From Candidatus Hydrogenedentota bacterium (GTDB lineage: Bacteria; Hydrogenedentota; Hydrogenedentia; Hydrogenedentales; SLHB01): a stretch of DNA of 64,000 nucleotides. A model generated the notes under the pieces. The model made no database searches. It was not told the origin of the DNA and saw only the letters and a program-made list of their open reading frames with translations. The translations under genes were made by a program, and so were the position numbers. How positions within the stretch are numbered: the first letter of the stretch is position 1; each line of letters starts with the position of its first letter. The stretch lies in NCBI GenBank assembly GCA_963745075.1, contig CAVUWV010000031.1, forward strand, positions 160,001 to 224,000, given 5' to 3'. Of this stretch, positions 40,300 to 49,997 are shown one piece after another.

Positions 40300-40665
40300 A
40301 TGTCTAAACGAAAGTGGTTCGTATTCTTATCCAGCGTGCTTCTTATCGTTCTTTTGCTGGGGTGCCCTATGGACATGTCGTCGTTGGCGGGCGCTTGGAA
40401 AGTGTCGCTCCACTTTGATTGTGACACCGCCACCCAGTCTATATTGGGGATTGTCCTCTATCCCGATGGAACCGCTGAGTTGTACGACGAAGGCGTTTAC
40501 GTTGGCACGTGGTCGTTGAATGGCTCAGTGGTTACGATCACGTTGGTGAGTCCGTCAGCGTATACATTCACAGGGACTGTATCCATGGATGGAGATTCAA
40601 TAATTGACGGGAACTACACCGGCACCTACAGCGGTTGTTGGACCGCCGAGAAGATCAAGTTTTGA
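40300..40665 (+). CDS. Small lipoprotein (lipocalin-like beta-barrel), paralog 1
   Basis: Lipobox LLGC; LAGAW, DCD, GTW, CWTAE. Confidence 0.75.
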   Translation: MSKRKWFVFLSSVLLIVLLLGCPMDMSSLAGAWKVSLHFDCDTATQSILGIVLYPDGTAELYDEGVYVGTWSLNGSVVTITLVSPSAYTFTGTVSMDGDSIIDGNYTGTYSGCWTAEKIKF

Positions 40666-40701
40666 GGGTGCGCAATTCAGGCAATCTCAGGAGCATGAGA
40701 A

Positions 40702-41073
40702 ATGTTTAAGCGATATGCGGTAATCGTGGCCTCCATGACGCTGTTTTCGGCGATCTTTTCCGGCTGCCCGATGCAGGGCGCCTCAATTGTAGGGGCATGG
40801 GCCATTAATCTCGATGCCGATTGCGACAGTATGGACGTCCAACACTTTATTTTAGTGATTCAAAAGGACAACACGGCCGAGCTCCTTATGGAATTCGACG
40901 CCGAGGGAACTTGGACTTTCAACGGCACGACCGTCAGCCTGTCCTTTCCTGATGTTCAGGGAGCCGAATACGAATTTACGGGTGTTTTGGGGTCACAAAC
41001 CATTACATCGGGCACGTTCACGGTTGACTCCATGGGAACCAACTGTTGGACGGCCGAGCAGCTTGTCTCGTGA
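40702..41073 (+). CDS. Small lipoprotein (lipocalin-like beta-barrel), paralog 2
   Basis: Lipobox FSGC; IVGAW, DCD, GTW, CWTAE shared with paralog 1. Confidence 0.75.
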   Translation: MFKRYAVIVASMTLFSAIFSGCPMQGASIVGAWAINLDADCDSMDVQHFILVIQKDNTAELLMEFDAEGTWTFNGTTVSLSFPDVQGAEYEFTGVLGSQTITSGTFTVDSMGTNCWTAEQLVS

Positions 41074-41191
41074 TCAGAATCAGGGATACGCCTTCCCGTT
41101 TTCTCGTTTCCTCTGGTAGCGTCGCTTGCCGTTGACGCGCACCCGGTGCGGCTGCGCGAGTCGTGAAGCGCGTCGGACAGAAAACTGAATA

Positions 41192-41427
41192 GTATCCGTC
41201 CGGCGAACCCAGTGGTTGGTGAAGAAGCGAGTACGTGATGGACCGTTGGGACGTGATCAGTTCAGAGTTTTCCAGTGGTCGGGAAAGAGCTCGTGGATGC
41301 GGCGATTAGGGTGTGTGGGGATACGCGCGAGGAGGTCTTGGATATAGGCGAAGGGGTCGAGGTTGTGGCGGCGGGCGCTAGCGATGAGACTGAAATGGAT
41401 CGCGGCGGCGTGGCCACCGCGGTCGGG
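41192..41427 (-). mobile_element. IS66 family right-end remnant (TnpC C-terminus plus terminal IR)
   Basis: GGHAAAIHFSLIASARRHNLDPFAYIQDLLARI...ELFPDHW; IS66-like end GTATCCGTCCGGCGAACC at 41192. Confidence 0.8.
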
Positions 41428-41671
41428 GAAATAAAGGGACAGACTACGAATTACCCACTTCTCCGCCGTCTTTCTCCGTCCGTTTGCGTTTCCGGCCTCG
41501 TTTGGCAGGACGCAGGAGGCGACCGAGCAGGTTCTCCAGCTGGACCACAAACTGGCTCCCGCCGCAGGGGCGGCCAGTGCTGGTCTGGCGGCGAATGCGT
41601 TCGATGGCATCGGGATCGTCCTCCACACTAAGCCATCCCGCCCAGTCCTCGATAACGCCGGGCGGGGGCAA
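41428..41671 (-). mobile_element. C-terminal fragment of a Y1/RAYT-like transposase with end motif
   Basis: DWAGWL...IRRQTSTGRPCG..FV..LE..LGR.LRPAKRGRK, followed by the motif GAAATAAAGGGACAGACTACGAATT (41428-52). Confidence 0.7.
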
Positions 41672-41794
41672 CTGCTAGTAGAGTAGCCGGTCTCGCTGTT
41701 TTGCGCAAGAGGAGATTTAATTGCGGAGTGCGGTCCCCGCCTGCGCGAGGATGACGGGCAGGTTGGCACGGGCGAGAGCTTTGGCGGTCCGGGT

Positions 41795-41848
41795 TGTGGT
41801 GCGGGCTTCCAGCCTGACCTGGTCGCAGGCTGGAAGCCTGCACCACAC
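41795..41848. repeat. REP-like palindrome GTGGTGCGGGCTTCCAGCCTG...CAGGCTGGAAGCCTGCACCAC
   Basis: Near-perfect inverted repeat of about 21 bp. Confidence 0.8.
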
Positions 41849-42077
41849 TTCTCGCCTTTGCCTCTTCCGAAGGTTTGGGTACCGTTGGGGGCGCCTGTTC
41901 CACCGATAGTGAGACCTGGCCTCTTTGCACCCAGATCGTTGCAGAATTGACACGTGCGCCGAATCATGGAAGAATGTCCGCGATCTGTGTGCGCAAGGTT
42001 TAGGGAATGGTGGCAGTCCTGTGCCCCGACGCGGGGAAACGTTTATGCGCGCAATTCGTAATGGAAGGGAGCATCAC

Positions 42078-44039
42078 GTGAGTACTGCGATCGAGCATGT
42101 CCTGGAAGAAAAGCGTCAGTTCGACCCGACCCCGGAGTTTTCTGAGAAAGCTCACATCACGTCCATGGAGGAGTACAAGAAGCTGTACGACAAATCCGTC
42201 CAGGACCCCGAGGGTTTCTGGGGCGACGTTGCAGAAGAGTTGCATTGGTTCAAGAAATGGGACCGCGTGTTGAACGCCGATAATCCTCCGTTTTTCAAAT
42301 GGTTCGAAGGCGCGAAGACCAACGTATCGTACAACTGCCTCGACCGTCACCTGGCGACATGGCGCAAGAATAAGGCCGCGATCATCTGGGAAGGGGAACC
42401 CTACGGACAGCGCAGTATCCTGACCTACCGCGAACTGCACCGGCAGGTGTCGAAGTTTTCCAACGTCCTGAAGAGCCTGGGCGTCAAATCCGGCGACCGG
42501 GTGGCGATCTACATGCCGATGATTCCCGAACTGGCCATCGCCATGCTGGCCTGCGCGCGGATTGGCGCCCCCCACTCCATCATCTTCGGCGGATTCTCGG
42601 CGGCGGCTATCGTCGATCGCGTGAACGATGCCGGAGCGTCCGTGGTGATCACGGCGGACGGCGGCTACCGGCGCGGCCAGGTTGTGGAACTGAAAGCGGC
42701 GGTCGACCAGGCCTTGCTGAATTGTCCGACGGTCCGTCACGTAGTCTGCGTGCAACGAACGCATACGCCGGTCCAGATGGTGCACGGCCGCGACGTCTAC
42801 TGGCATGAAATGATGGAAACGGCGTCGGACGTCTGTCCCGCAGAAGAGCTGGATGCGGAACACCCGCTCTACATTCTGTACACGTCCGGTTCGACCGGAA
42901 AGCCGAAGGGCATTCTTCACACGACGGGCGGGTATCTGGCCGGAACGTACGCGACGTCCAAATACGTATTCGACCTGAAAGAGGAAGACACCTATTGGTG
43001 TACCGCGGACATCGGCTGGGTGACGGGGCACAGCTACATTATCTACGGGATTTTGGCGAACGGCGCGACGACCGTGATGTATGAAGGCGCGCCGAACTAC
43101 CCGACGCCGGATCGGTTCTGGCAAATCGTGGAACGTTATCAGGTCAATGTGTTTTATACCGCGCCGACGGCGATCCGCGCGTTCTCGAAGTGGGGCGACG
43201 GTTGGCCGGCGAAAAACGATCTGAGCAGTTTGCGGCTTCTGGGTACGGTGGGAGAGCCCATCAACCCCGAGGCGTGGATGTGGTACCACAAGCATATCGG
43301 CCGGGAGAAATGCCCCATCGTCGACACGTGGTGGCAGACGGAGACCGGCGGCATCATGATCACGACATTGCCCGGCGCTATGGGCGCAAAGCCCGGGTCG
43401 GCGGGGCTGCCGTTCTTCGGAATCAAGGCCATGATCGTGGACGAAGAAGGCAACGAGGTCGACGCCAATCACAGTGGATTACTCGTCGTAACAGAACCGT
43501 GGCCGGCCATGCTGCGGACGCTCTGGGGAGACGACGAGCGGTTCCAGGAAGTCTACTGGTCGAAGTACGAGAAGCAGGGCTGGTATTTCACCGGAGACGG
43601 CGCGTATCGAGACAAGAACGGATACTTCATGATCATCGGGCGCATCGACGACGTGATTAACGTGTCGGGGCACCGCCTCGGCACCATGGAAATCGAATCG
43701 GCCCTCGTGTCCCACAAGCTGGTGTCGGAAGCGGCGGTCGTCGGGTTCCCTCACGACATCAAGGGCCAGGGCATCTGCGCGTTCGTTTCGGTACCCGTGG
43801 GCACTTCACCCCATGAAGCGGACAAGGAGAAGTTGCGCGAGCACGTGGCCAAGGAGATTGGGGCCATCGCGAAGCCCGATCAAATTCGTTTTACGGATGC
43901 GCTTCCCAAGACGCGCTCCGGAAAAATTATGCGCCGGTTACTTCGCGACATTGCGTCCGGCCGCGATACGACGGGCGACACGACGACGCTGGAGGATTTC
44001 AGCGTGCTCGCGAAGCTGCGGGAAGAACAGGAAGGGTAG
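42078..44039 (+). CDS. acs: Acetyl-CoA synthetase (AMP-forming)
   Basis: [46 protein letters not shown]. Confidence 0.97.
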   Translation: MSTAIEHVLEEKRQFDPTPEFSEKAHITSMEEYKKLYDKSVQDPEGFWGDVAEELHWFKKWDRVLNADNPPFFKWFEGAKTNVSYNCLDRHLATWRKNKAAIIWEGEPYGQRSILTYRELHRQVSKFSNVLKSLGVKSGDRVAIYMPMIPELAIAMLACARIGAPHSIIFGGFSAAAIVDRVNDAGASVVITADGGYRRGQVVELKAAVDQALLNCPTVRHVVCVQRTHTPVQMVHGRDVYWHEMMETASDVCPAEELDAEHPLYILYTSGSTGKPKGILHTTGGYLAGTYATSKYVFDLKEEDTYWCTADIGWVTGHSYIIYGILANGATTVMYEGAPNYPTPDRFWQIVERYQVNVFYTAPTAIRAFSKWGDGWPAKNDLSSLRLLGTVGEPINPEAWMWYHKHIGREKCPIVDTWWQTETGGIMITTLPGAMGAKPGSAGLPFFGIKAMIVDEEGNEVDANHSGLLVVTEPWPAMLRTLWGDDERFQEVYWSKYEKQGWYFTGDGAYRDKNGYFMIIGRIDDVINVSGHRLGTMEIESALVSHKLVSEAAVVGFPHDIKGQGICAFVSVPVGTSPHEADKEKLREHVAKEIGAIAKPDQIRFTDALPKTRSGKIMRRLLRDIASGRDTTGDTTTLEDFSVLAKLREEQEG

Positions 44040-44054
44040 GCGCGGGAACGTGTC

Positions 44055-44603
44055 TTACCATACGGCGGTGTATCCTTCCGGAAGGAGATTCCACTCTTCG
44101 CCGTACACGTGAACCGTGTGCGTTTCGCGGCCCTCGGGGTCAACGACTTTGCCGCCGTCGTGCACCCAGGACAAAATGCTTCCCTTCAGATTGTATGCGT
44201 CGAGGCCGTCTTCGCGGAGGGCCTCGGCGTATTCTCCGCTCCGGTATCCAATGGTGCAATACGCGACGACCTTTCGATGTGCGTAGGAGTCGCGATGGGC
44301 GTCGAATTGTTCCTTACTGATGGAGCCGGGAATCACAGACACGGCACGCTCCTCCGGAGTGCGGGCGTCAACCAGGACGACGCGATCGTCTTTCAACATG
44401 CCCTGCACTTGCGCTGGAGAAACTGTCGGCACATCCGGGAACGACTTCTGATACTGCGCGAACATGGACTCGATGGCGGCGCGTTTCTCGTTGTCCGTCC
44501 GATCGTCTCGGTCCGGCGCGCGCCACACGCAACGGCATACACTCCCGACAACGAAAAGCAGAATTCCTATACGCAGAATACGATGTATAGTAGAAATAGT
44601 CAT
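44055..44603 (-). CDS. Rhodanese-like domain protein
   Basis: LVDARTPEE..VSVIPG, YCTIGYRS, NLKGSILSW. Confidence 0.88.
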   Translation of the reverse strand: MTISTIHRILRIGILLFVVGSVCRCVWRAPDRDDRTDNEKRAAIESMFAQYQKSFPDVPTVSPAQVQGMLKDDRVVLVDARTPEERAVSVIPGSISKEQFDAHRDSYAHRKVVAYCTIGYRSGEYAEALREDGLDAYNLKGSILSWVHDGGKVVDPEGRETHTVHVYGEEWNLLPEGYTAVW

Positions 44604-44701
44604 AGTTCAGATCTTGACAGGGCCTACCTCTGTATCCGAGACTCGTCGTGATTATTGATTATTTCGGTGCAACTTTTCCCGGTCGCGCGGCATAATAAAC
44701 G

Positions 44702-45294
44702 GTAAGGCGTATGGTGCGCGCTGAGTGAAGGTGTTGGCAGCCGTTCATTGACGCGGGAACCCACTCACCAAATTGGGGGTTTCACACATCACGCAAAGGT
44801 TGCGGCTGTCGGGTTCTTGTGTTCATGCTTTGCTAACCGTTATGAGGTACGAAGAGGGGTCGTAAGCGGAAAGCGAACAAACGAATCTTCGCTGCGAGTC
44901 TCGCATAAACCATAACCAAATCTTAGCGGCCGTTCGGCGCGTGGACCCTTTCAAGGCAATTCTGCATACCAGGTCAGGTATTCAGTAATTCACGCGTCGA
45001 GCGGTCGCTGATTTCACCCCTTCCATCCTTGCGTCAGCGTTGTCCAGCGGCTATGCTCACCGTTTGTTTCACCGGCGAGAGGTAGTCATTCAAACTTGCC
45101 ACTCATGTATTCAGAAAAGGTGAAGGACTATGCCACTCGTTCGCATTCCGCTTTCTTCGAGGACCGGCGCCGTGGCGGCGACCGTCCTGGTCCGGAGTTC
45201 GAGGGCTATTGAGTGCGCCATGAATTGGTGCAGTTCGTTCTATGCGACGGGGGCACAGGCTCAGACGCCGGTTACGTTGAAGAAAGCGGACTGA
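44702..45294 (+). ncRNA. Candidate large structured RNA or regulatory leader (family unknown)
   Basis: No ORF over 60 aa across 44660-45100; several G-U-compensated stems and long-range pairings; CATAAT -10-like box at 44691. Confidence 0.5.
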
Positions 45295-45297
45295 GGG

Positions 45298-45966
45298 GTG
45301 AAATTGCGGGAACGGCTCCTCGATATCTACCGGCGCATGGAAGCCCACTACGGACCCACCCATTGGTGGCCGGGCGACACGGCATTCGAAATCGCCATCG
45401 GCGCGATTCTCACCCAGAATACGGCGTGGACCAACGTTGAGAAGGCTATCGTCAACCTGAAACGCGCCAAGCTGCTGTCGCCTAGCCGGATTCTCGAATC
45501 GAAGGACGCCCAATTGCACGAGGTTCTCCGGCCGTCGGGCTACTTTCGAATCAAGACGGAGCGGGTGCGCAGCTTCTGTCGACATCTCACCGAACGGTAT
45601 GCCGGCAGCATGGCGCGAATGGCCAAACGCCCCCTCGACGAGTTACGCCACGAGTTGCTCGGGATACCCGGAATCGGGCCGGAAACGGCAGATGACATCC
45701 TGCTCTACGCCTGCGGCAAACCGGTGTTTGTCGTGGATGCGTATACGCGCCGCATGCTGTCGCGTCACGGGTTGGTGGAGCCGGATATCGAGTACGAGAC
45801 GCTTCGGGCAGTCTTTGAACGCCGGCTTCCGGCGGATGTGCGCTTGTTTAAGGAATACCACGGGCTTATCGTCTGGACGGGGAAGGACTATTGCCGTCGA
45901 ACGCCCAAGTGCGAGGGCTGCCCCCTTGCGCCATTGCTGAAACGGGGACAGCCTCGGTTGGGATAG
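45298..45966 (+). CDS. Endonuclease III-related HhH-GPD DNA glycosylase
   Basis: GAILTQNTAW, GIGPETAD, VVDAYTRR, C..PKC..CPL iron-sulfur motif. Confidence 0.9.
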   Translation: MKLRERLLDIYRRMEAHYGPTHWWPGDTAFEIAIGAILTQNTAWTNVEKAIVNLKRAKLLSPSRILESKDAQLHEVLRPSGYFRIKTERVRSFCRHLTERYAGSMARMAKRPLDELRHELLGIPGIGPETADDILLYACGKPVFVVDAYTRRMLSRHGLVEPDIEYETLRAVFERRLPADVRLFKEYHGLIVWTGKDYCRRTPKCEGCPLAPLLKRGQPRLG

Positions 45967-46164
45967 TCACGATAAGAATTGCTTTCGGAGCGCGGGACAC
46001 CTAGGATAGAAGGATAGGCGTCCGTTGGCGCGAATTGGGAATTACGCTCGCCGCAGATAATGTTTGCTTCATAGCGGGGTTCTTCCTGGAAAGACTGTGG
46101 CCCGGTCGCCGCAAGGTGCTGATATTCAGCACGTTAACACGAAAGTTCGGAGAGGAGCGCAAGA

Positions 46165-47373
46165 ATGTCTGCAGAGTCGGGCGCAAAGGGAACCATTACC
46201 TCCCTGTACCGCGCCATTAAGCGGTCCTACACCGAACTCCCGTACCGGTTTTCGCGCAACGCCTGGGGCCCGCCGACGTGGCACTACTATTTTGAAATCA
46301 CGCGCCGCTGCAATCTGCGCTGTAAGATGTGCCAGTACATCGATTGGCTCGAAACGGTTCCCACCCGCGTGCAGGCGGACGGCGAACTGACTACGGAGGA
46401 GTGGCTCAAGGTCGTCGACCAGACGGGACGATTCAGTCTGATTACGTTCACCGGGGGCGAGGTGTTTGTCCGGAAGGATTTTATGCAGATATTCGAGCAT
46501 GCCTGCTCGAAACGACGGGTCCACTTCATTTCCAACGCCACCATGCTGACGGAAGATCGGGCCCGCCGTTGCGTCGAACTGGCGCCGAAGTGGTTTGGCG
46601 GCCGGGGATTTAACTTCGCGGGCGTCTCCATCGATGGAACGCGCGACGTGCATGACGTCATCCGGGCGCAAAAGGGCTCCTTCGATAAGAGCACGAACGG
46701 CATCAAAATGCTGTCACGTTTCCGTGCGGAGGCGGGTAAGAAGAGTCCGCTCATCCACATCAACACGGTAATCCAGGACGAAAGTCTGGATTGCTTGGCC
46801 GAGATGCCGCACATTGCGAAGGAATGCGGGGCAAACGTGTTGAATTTGTTGACCGAAACGCGGATACACGATCTGCCGGAATTGGGCCATGTTGATCCCT
46901 CGAGTTTCAGCCGGGACGATTTCCGGCAACCGCGAATCGACCGCCAACGGTTGGAACAGTCGCTCCGGAGAACGATGGCGGAGGCCGAGAAACTCGGCAT
47001 CGAAGTGCGGATGCCTCGCATGCCGTTCGAGGAAATTGTCAATCACTACGACGAGGGGTACAACCTGCGCGAGTTTGAGTGCCGGTCCATCTGGTCAACA
47101 CTGAGTATCGGTGCCAAAGGTGGCGTGTATCCGTGCTGGATTCAGAAAGTCGGCAACGTGCGCGAGCATTCGTTGAAGGAACTGCGCAACAACGAAATCA
47201 TGCGCGCCTTCCGTCAGAAACGCCGCGAGGGCGGTTTCGCGGTATGCCGGGGCTGTTGCGAAATCGAGTATCGAGGGAAAGTCAACGACGCGGAGCCGGC
47301 CCTTACGCCTTCGCCCCTACCGACGACCGAGGACTCCGAGCAACCCAATGAAGAGAGCGTAGTGGCGAAATAG
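46165..47373 (+). CDS. Radical SAM enzyme with SPASM/twitch domain
   Basis: CNLRCKMC, TGGE, SIDG, C-terminal C...GGVYPC...CRGCC. Confidence 0.92.
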   Translation: MSAESGAKGTITSLYRAIKRSYTELPYRFSRNAWGPPTWHYYFEITRRCNLRCKMCQYIDWLETVPTRVQADGELTTEEWLKVVDQTGRFSLITFTGGEVFVRKDFMQIFEHACSKRRVHFISNATMLTEDRARRCVELAPKWFGGRGFNFAGVSIDGTRDVHDVIRAQKGSFDKSTNGIKMLSRFRAEAGKKSPLIHINTVIQDESLDCLAEMPHIAKECGANVLNLLTETRIHDLPELGHVDPSSFSRDDFRQPRIDRQRLEQSLRRTMAEAEKLGIEVRMPRMPFEEIVNHYDEGYNLREFECRSIWSTLSIGAKGGVYPCWIQKVGNVREHSLKELRNNEIMRAFRQKRREGGFAVCRGCCEIEYRGKVNDAEPALTPSPLPTTEDSEQPNEESVVAK

Positions 47374-47620
47374 CCCTTTTCTTCTTGCCTGATCCCCTTC
47401 CCACATGGGATGATTCCCGAAATACTTAGAGCGTATTGACTATTCCGTGTCCTCTCAATCGTAGCACGTAGATGCAGCGCCTCGGCACAGAGGCGCAACG
47501 ACGTGTCGGATTAGCCGGACCGCATGTCTTCGGGGTCGGCGTTCCGAGTACGAGTACGTGAGGTCAGCGACGGCTACGAGAGAACTTCAACGGTTGTAGA
47601 ATTGCCGGAGGGGTTATTCC

Positions 47621-48547
47621 GTGAATACACCGCGAATACTGGTTGTGGGGAGCGCCAACATCGATTTGGTCACGCGCGTGCCCCGTTGCCCGAAGCCGGG
47701 CGAATCCATGATCGGTTCATCGTTTACGACGGTGTGCGGAGGCAAGGGCGCGAACCAGGCGGTGGCGGCAGCGCGATTGGGAGCGCAGGTTCATTTCGCG
47801 GGCTGCGTGGGAAACGATACGTTCGGAACGCTGCAACGGCAGACGTTGAGTGAAGAGGGCATCGACCTGACGTACTTGAAGACGCACCCGGCGGAGCCTA
47901 CGGGGACGGCTATCATCATGGTTGCGGCGGAGGGGCAGAATTCCATCGTCGTGAATCCGTCGGCGAACTACGGAATCATGCCTTCGCACATTAACAGCCT
48001 CGGACCGCTCTTTGATGAGCTGGATGCCGTGATGATCCAGCTCGAGATCCCGCCGGAGACCGTCGAGGCGACGTTGCGCAAGGCCCGTGAGGCGGATGTG
48101 CTATCGGTGCTGGATGCCGGGCCCGCGCAGCAAGTTCCGGAAGCAATCGTGGAACTCGCGGATATTGTGTCCCCCAACGAAACCGAAGCGGAAGCCATGA
48201 CCGGCGTACCGGTAGAGTCGGTGGACGATGCCCGGCAGGCGGCGGCGCAGCTTCTGGCCATGGGCGCGAAGCAGGTGGTGCTCAAGATGGGCGGCGGGGG
48301 CGCGTTATATATGAGCGGCAAGGAATGGTTGCACGTGCCCGCGTATCAGGTTGCAGCCGTTGACACGGTCGCGGCGGGCGATGCGTTCACGGCCGCGTTG
48401 ACCATCGCCTGGCGACGAAAATCGCCGTTGGAAGCGATTCGTTTCGCGAATGCGGCCGGCGCGTTGGCAACAACGATGCACGGTGCGCAACGGTCCATGC
48501 CGTACCGGACCGCCGTGGAAGATTTTTTGAAACAGAAAGGACAGTGA
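47621..48547 (+). CDS. rbsK: Ribokinase
   Basis: GSANIDL, GGKGANQAVAAARLG, PNETEA, DTVAAGDAF. Confidence 0.93.
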   Translation: MNTPRILVVGSANIDLVTRVPRCPKPGESMIGSSFTTVCGGKGANQAVAAARLGAQVHFAGCVGNDTFGTLQRQTLSEEGIDLTYLKTHPAEPTGTAIIMVAAEGQNSIVVNPSANYGIMPSHINSLGPLFDELDAVMIQLEIPPETVEATLRKAREADVLSVLDAGPAQQVPEAIVELADIVSPNETEAEAMTGVPVESVDDARQAAAQLLAMGAKQVVLKMGGGGALYMSGKEWLHVPAYQVAAVDTVAAGDAFTAALTIAWRRKSPLEAIRFANAAGALATTMHGAQRSMPYRTAVEDFLKQKGQ

Positions 48548-48551
48548 ACCG

Positions 48552-49238
48552 GTGGCCGAACCATTGAAGTACGCTGCGTCCGTGATGTGTGCAAATCTCG
48601 CGCGTCTGGAAGACGACCTGAAAGCCCTGGAAGCGGCGGGGTGCGACGAACTGCATTTCGACATCATGGACGGAACGTTCGTGCCCAATTTTACGCTTGG
48701 GATCGATGTTATCAAGGCTGCGAAAAGTGTCTGCAGCCTTCCCTGTCACGCCCATCTCATGATTACGAAGCCCGGGGAGTATGTTGAACGATTCGTGGAG
48801 GCGGGGTGCGACATCGTCTCGGTGCATGTGGAAACGTGCCCGCACGCCCACCGCGTGTTGGGTCAAATCCAGACGGCCGGCGCCTCTCCCGCGATCGCAA
48901 TCAATCCGGCGACCCCGTTGACCAAGTTGGATTTTCTCCTGGACTTCGCGGACCGTGTGATGATGATGACTGTGGATCCCGGCTATGCGGGCCAGAAGAT
49001 CATTCCGGGCGCGTTCGAGCGTGTGAAGATACTTCGGGAGAACGTGGACTACCGGGAGCGGCGCATCGACATCGAAGTCGACGGCAACATCGACGCGCAT
49101 AACGCCGCAGTTCTCGCGAACATGGGCGCCCGGGTTTTTGTGATGGGAACGTCGAGCATCTTCAAGAAAGGCATACCGCTGGACGAAGCGTTCCGTCAAT
49201 TCAAAGCGGATGTGGACGCAACGCGTAAGACGGTCTGA
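48552..49238 (+). CDS. rpe: Ribulose-phosphate 3-epimerase family
   Basis: HFDIMDGTFVPN, HLM, AINPATP, MTVDPGYAGQ, EVDG. Confidence 0.9.
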   Translation: MAEPLKYAASVMCANLARLEDDLKALEAAGCDELHFDIMDGTFVPNFTLGIDVIKAAKSVCSLPCHAHLMITKPGEYVERFVEAGCDIVSVHVETCPHAHRVLGQIQTAGASPAIAINPATPLTKLDFLLDFADRVMMMTVDPGYAGQKIIPGAFERVKILRENVDYRERRIDIEVDGNIDAHNAAVLANMGARVFVMGTSSIFKKGIPLDEAFRQFKADVDATRKTV

Positions 49239-49246
49239 CAATCGTC

Positions 49247-49799
49247 ATGCGCAATATCGAGCTGAAAGCATGCCTTCCCGATCGCCAGGGCGCACTCCGA
49301 ACCTGCCAACGCATCGGCGCGGAACCCCAGGGAGACATTCGGCAAACCGACACGTACTTCGACATCCCGAAGGGGACGTTTGAAACTGCGGGAATGCGCG
49401 CCGGGTGACGATTATCTCGTGTTCTACCACCGATCGGACGTTGCGAATTCGAGGGCATCGGATTACGCGATTGAACCCGCGACTCCGGCGATGGGCGCCT
49501 TGCTCAAACGAGCACTCCGATCGACGGGCGTAGTGCAAAAGGTCCGCACGCTCTGGCTGTGGGAAAACGTGCGTATTCATGTGGACTGTGTGGACGGCCT
49601 GGGCAACTACATCGAGTTCGAGGCGGTGTTGTCGGATACGCACGACGATGCCGACGGGTTTTCAAAGCTTGCCTACCTTCGGGAGGCGTTCGGCATTTGC
49701 GACGAGGACCTGGAGAAGGGTTCCTATTTGGACCTGCTGCACGGGGCCGACCGAGAGCCGGTCGAGCACGACACGCCAAGCGCCTTCGAGAGGGCTTGA
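49247..49799 (+). CDS. CYTH / class IV adenylate cyclase-like protein (+1 frameshift near 49373)
   Basis: MRNIELKA...QTDTYF, then LKLRE...RIHVDCVDGLGNYIEFE in the shifted frame. Confidence 0.85.
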
Positions 49800-49997
49800 T
49801 CCACGTAACTCCGGTGCATAGATGCATCTACGGTCGGCTTGCCCGAGGTTTCCAATCCCGCAACGCGATCGCGCCCAAGGCAATTAGAGCACTTTACATC
49901 AACCCCACCAACCCGAGGGCACGACAACAACGGAAGATCGAGGAACTCACGATACGAACGCGTAAGGGGCTGAGGGAAAGCGTCTTACAGAGGCCAA

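Noticed and set aside
41257..41967. 236-aa ORF as a single gene
   Set aside because: Chimeric read-through of REP sequence, Y1 fragment DNA and the IS66 C-terminus.
44962..44985. TACCAGGTCAGGT resembles E. coli 4.5S SRP RNA
   Set aside because: The conserved CCGGAAGGAAGCAGC domain IV continuation is absent.
44714..45294. GTGCG start suggesting a group II intron
   Set aside because: No recognisable domain V/VI or RT ORF was found by eye.
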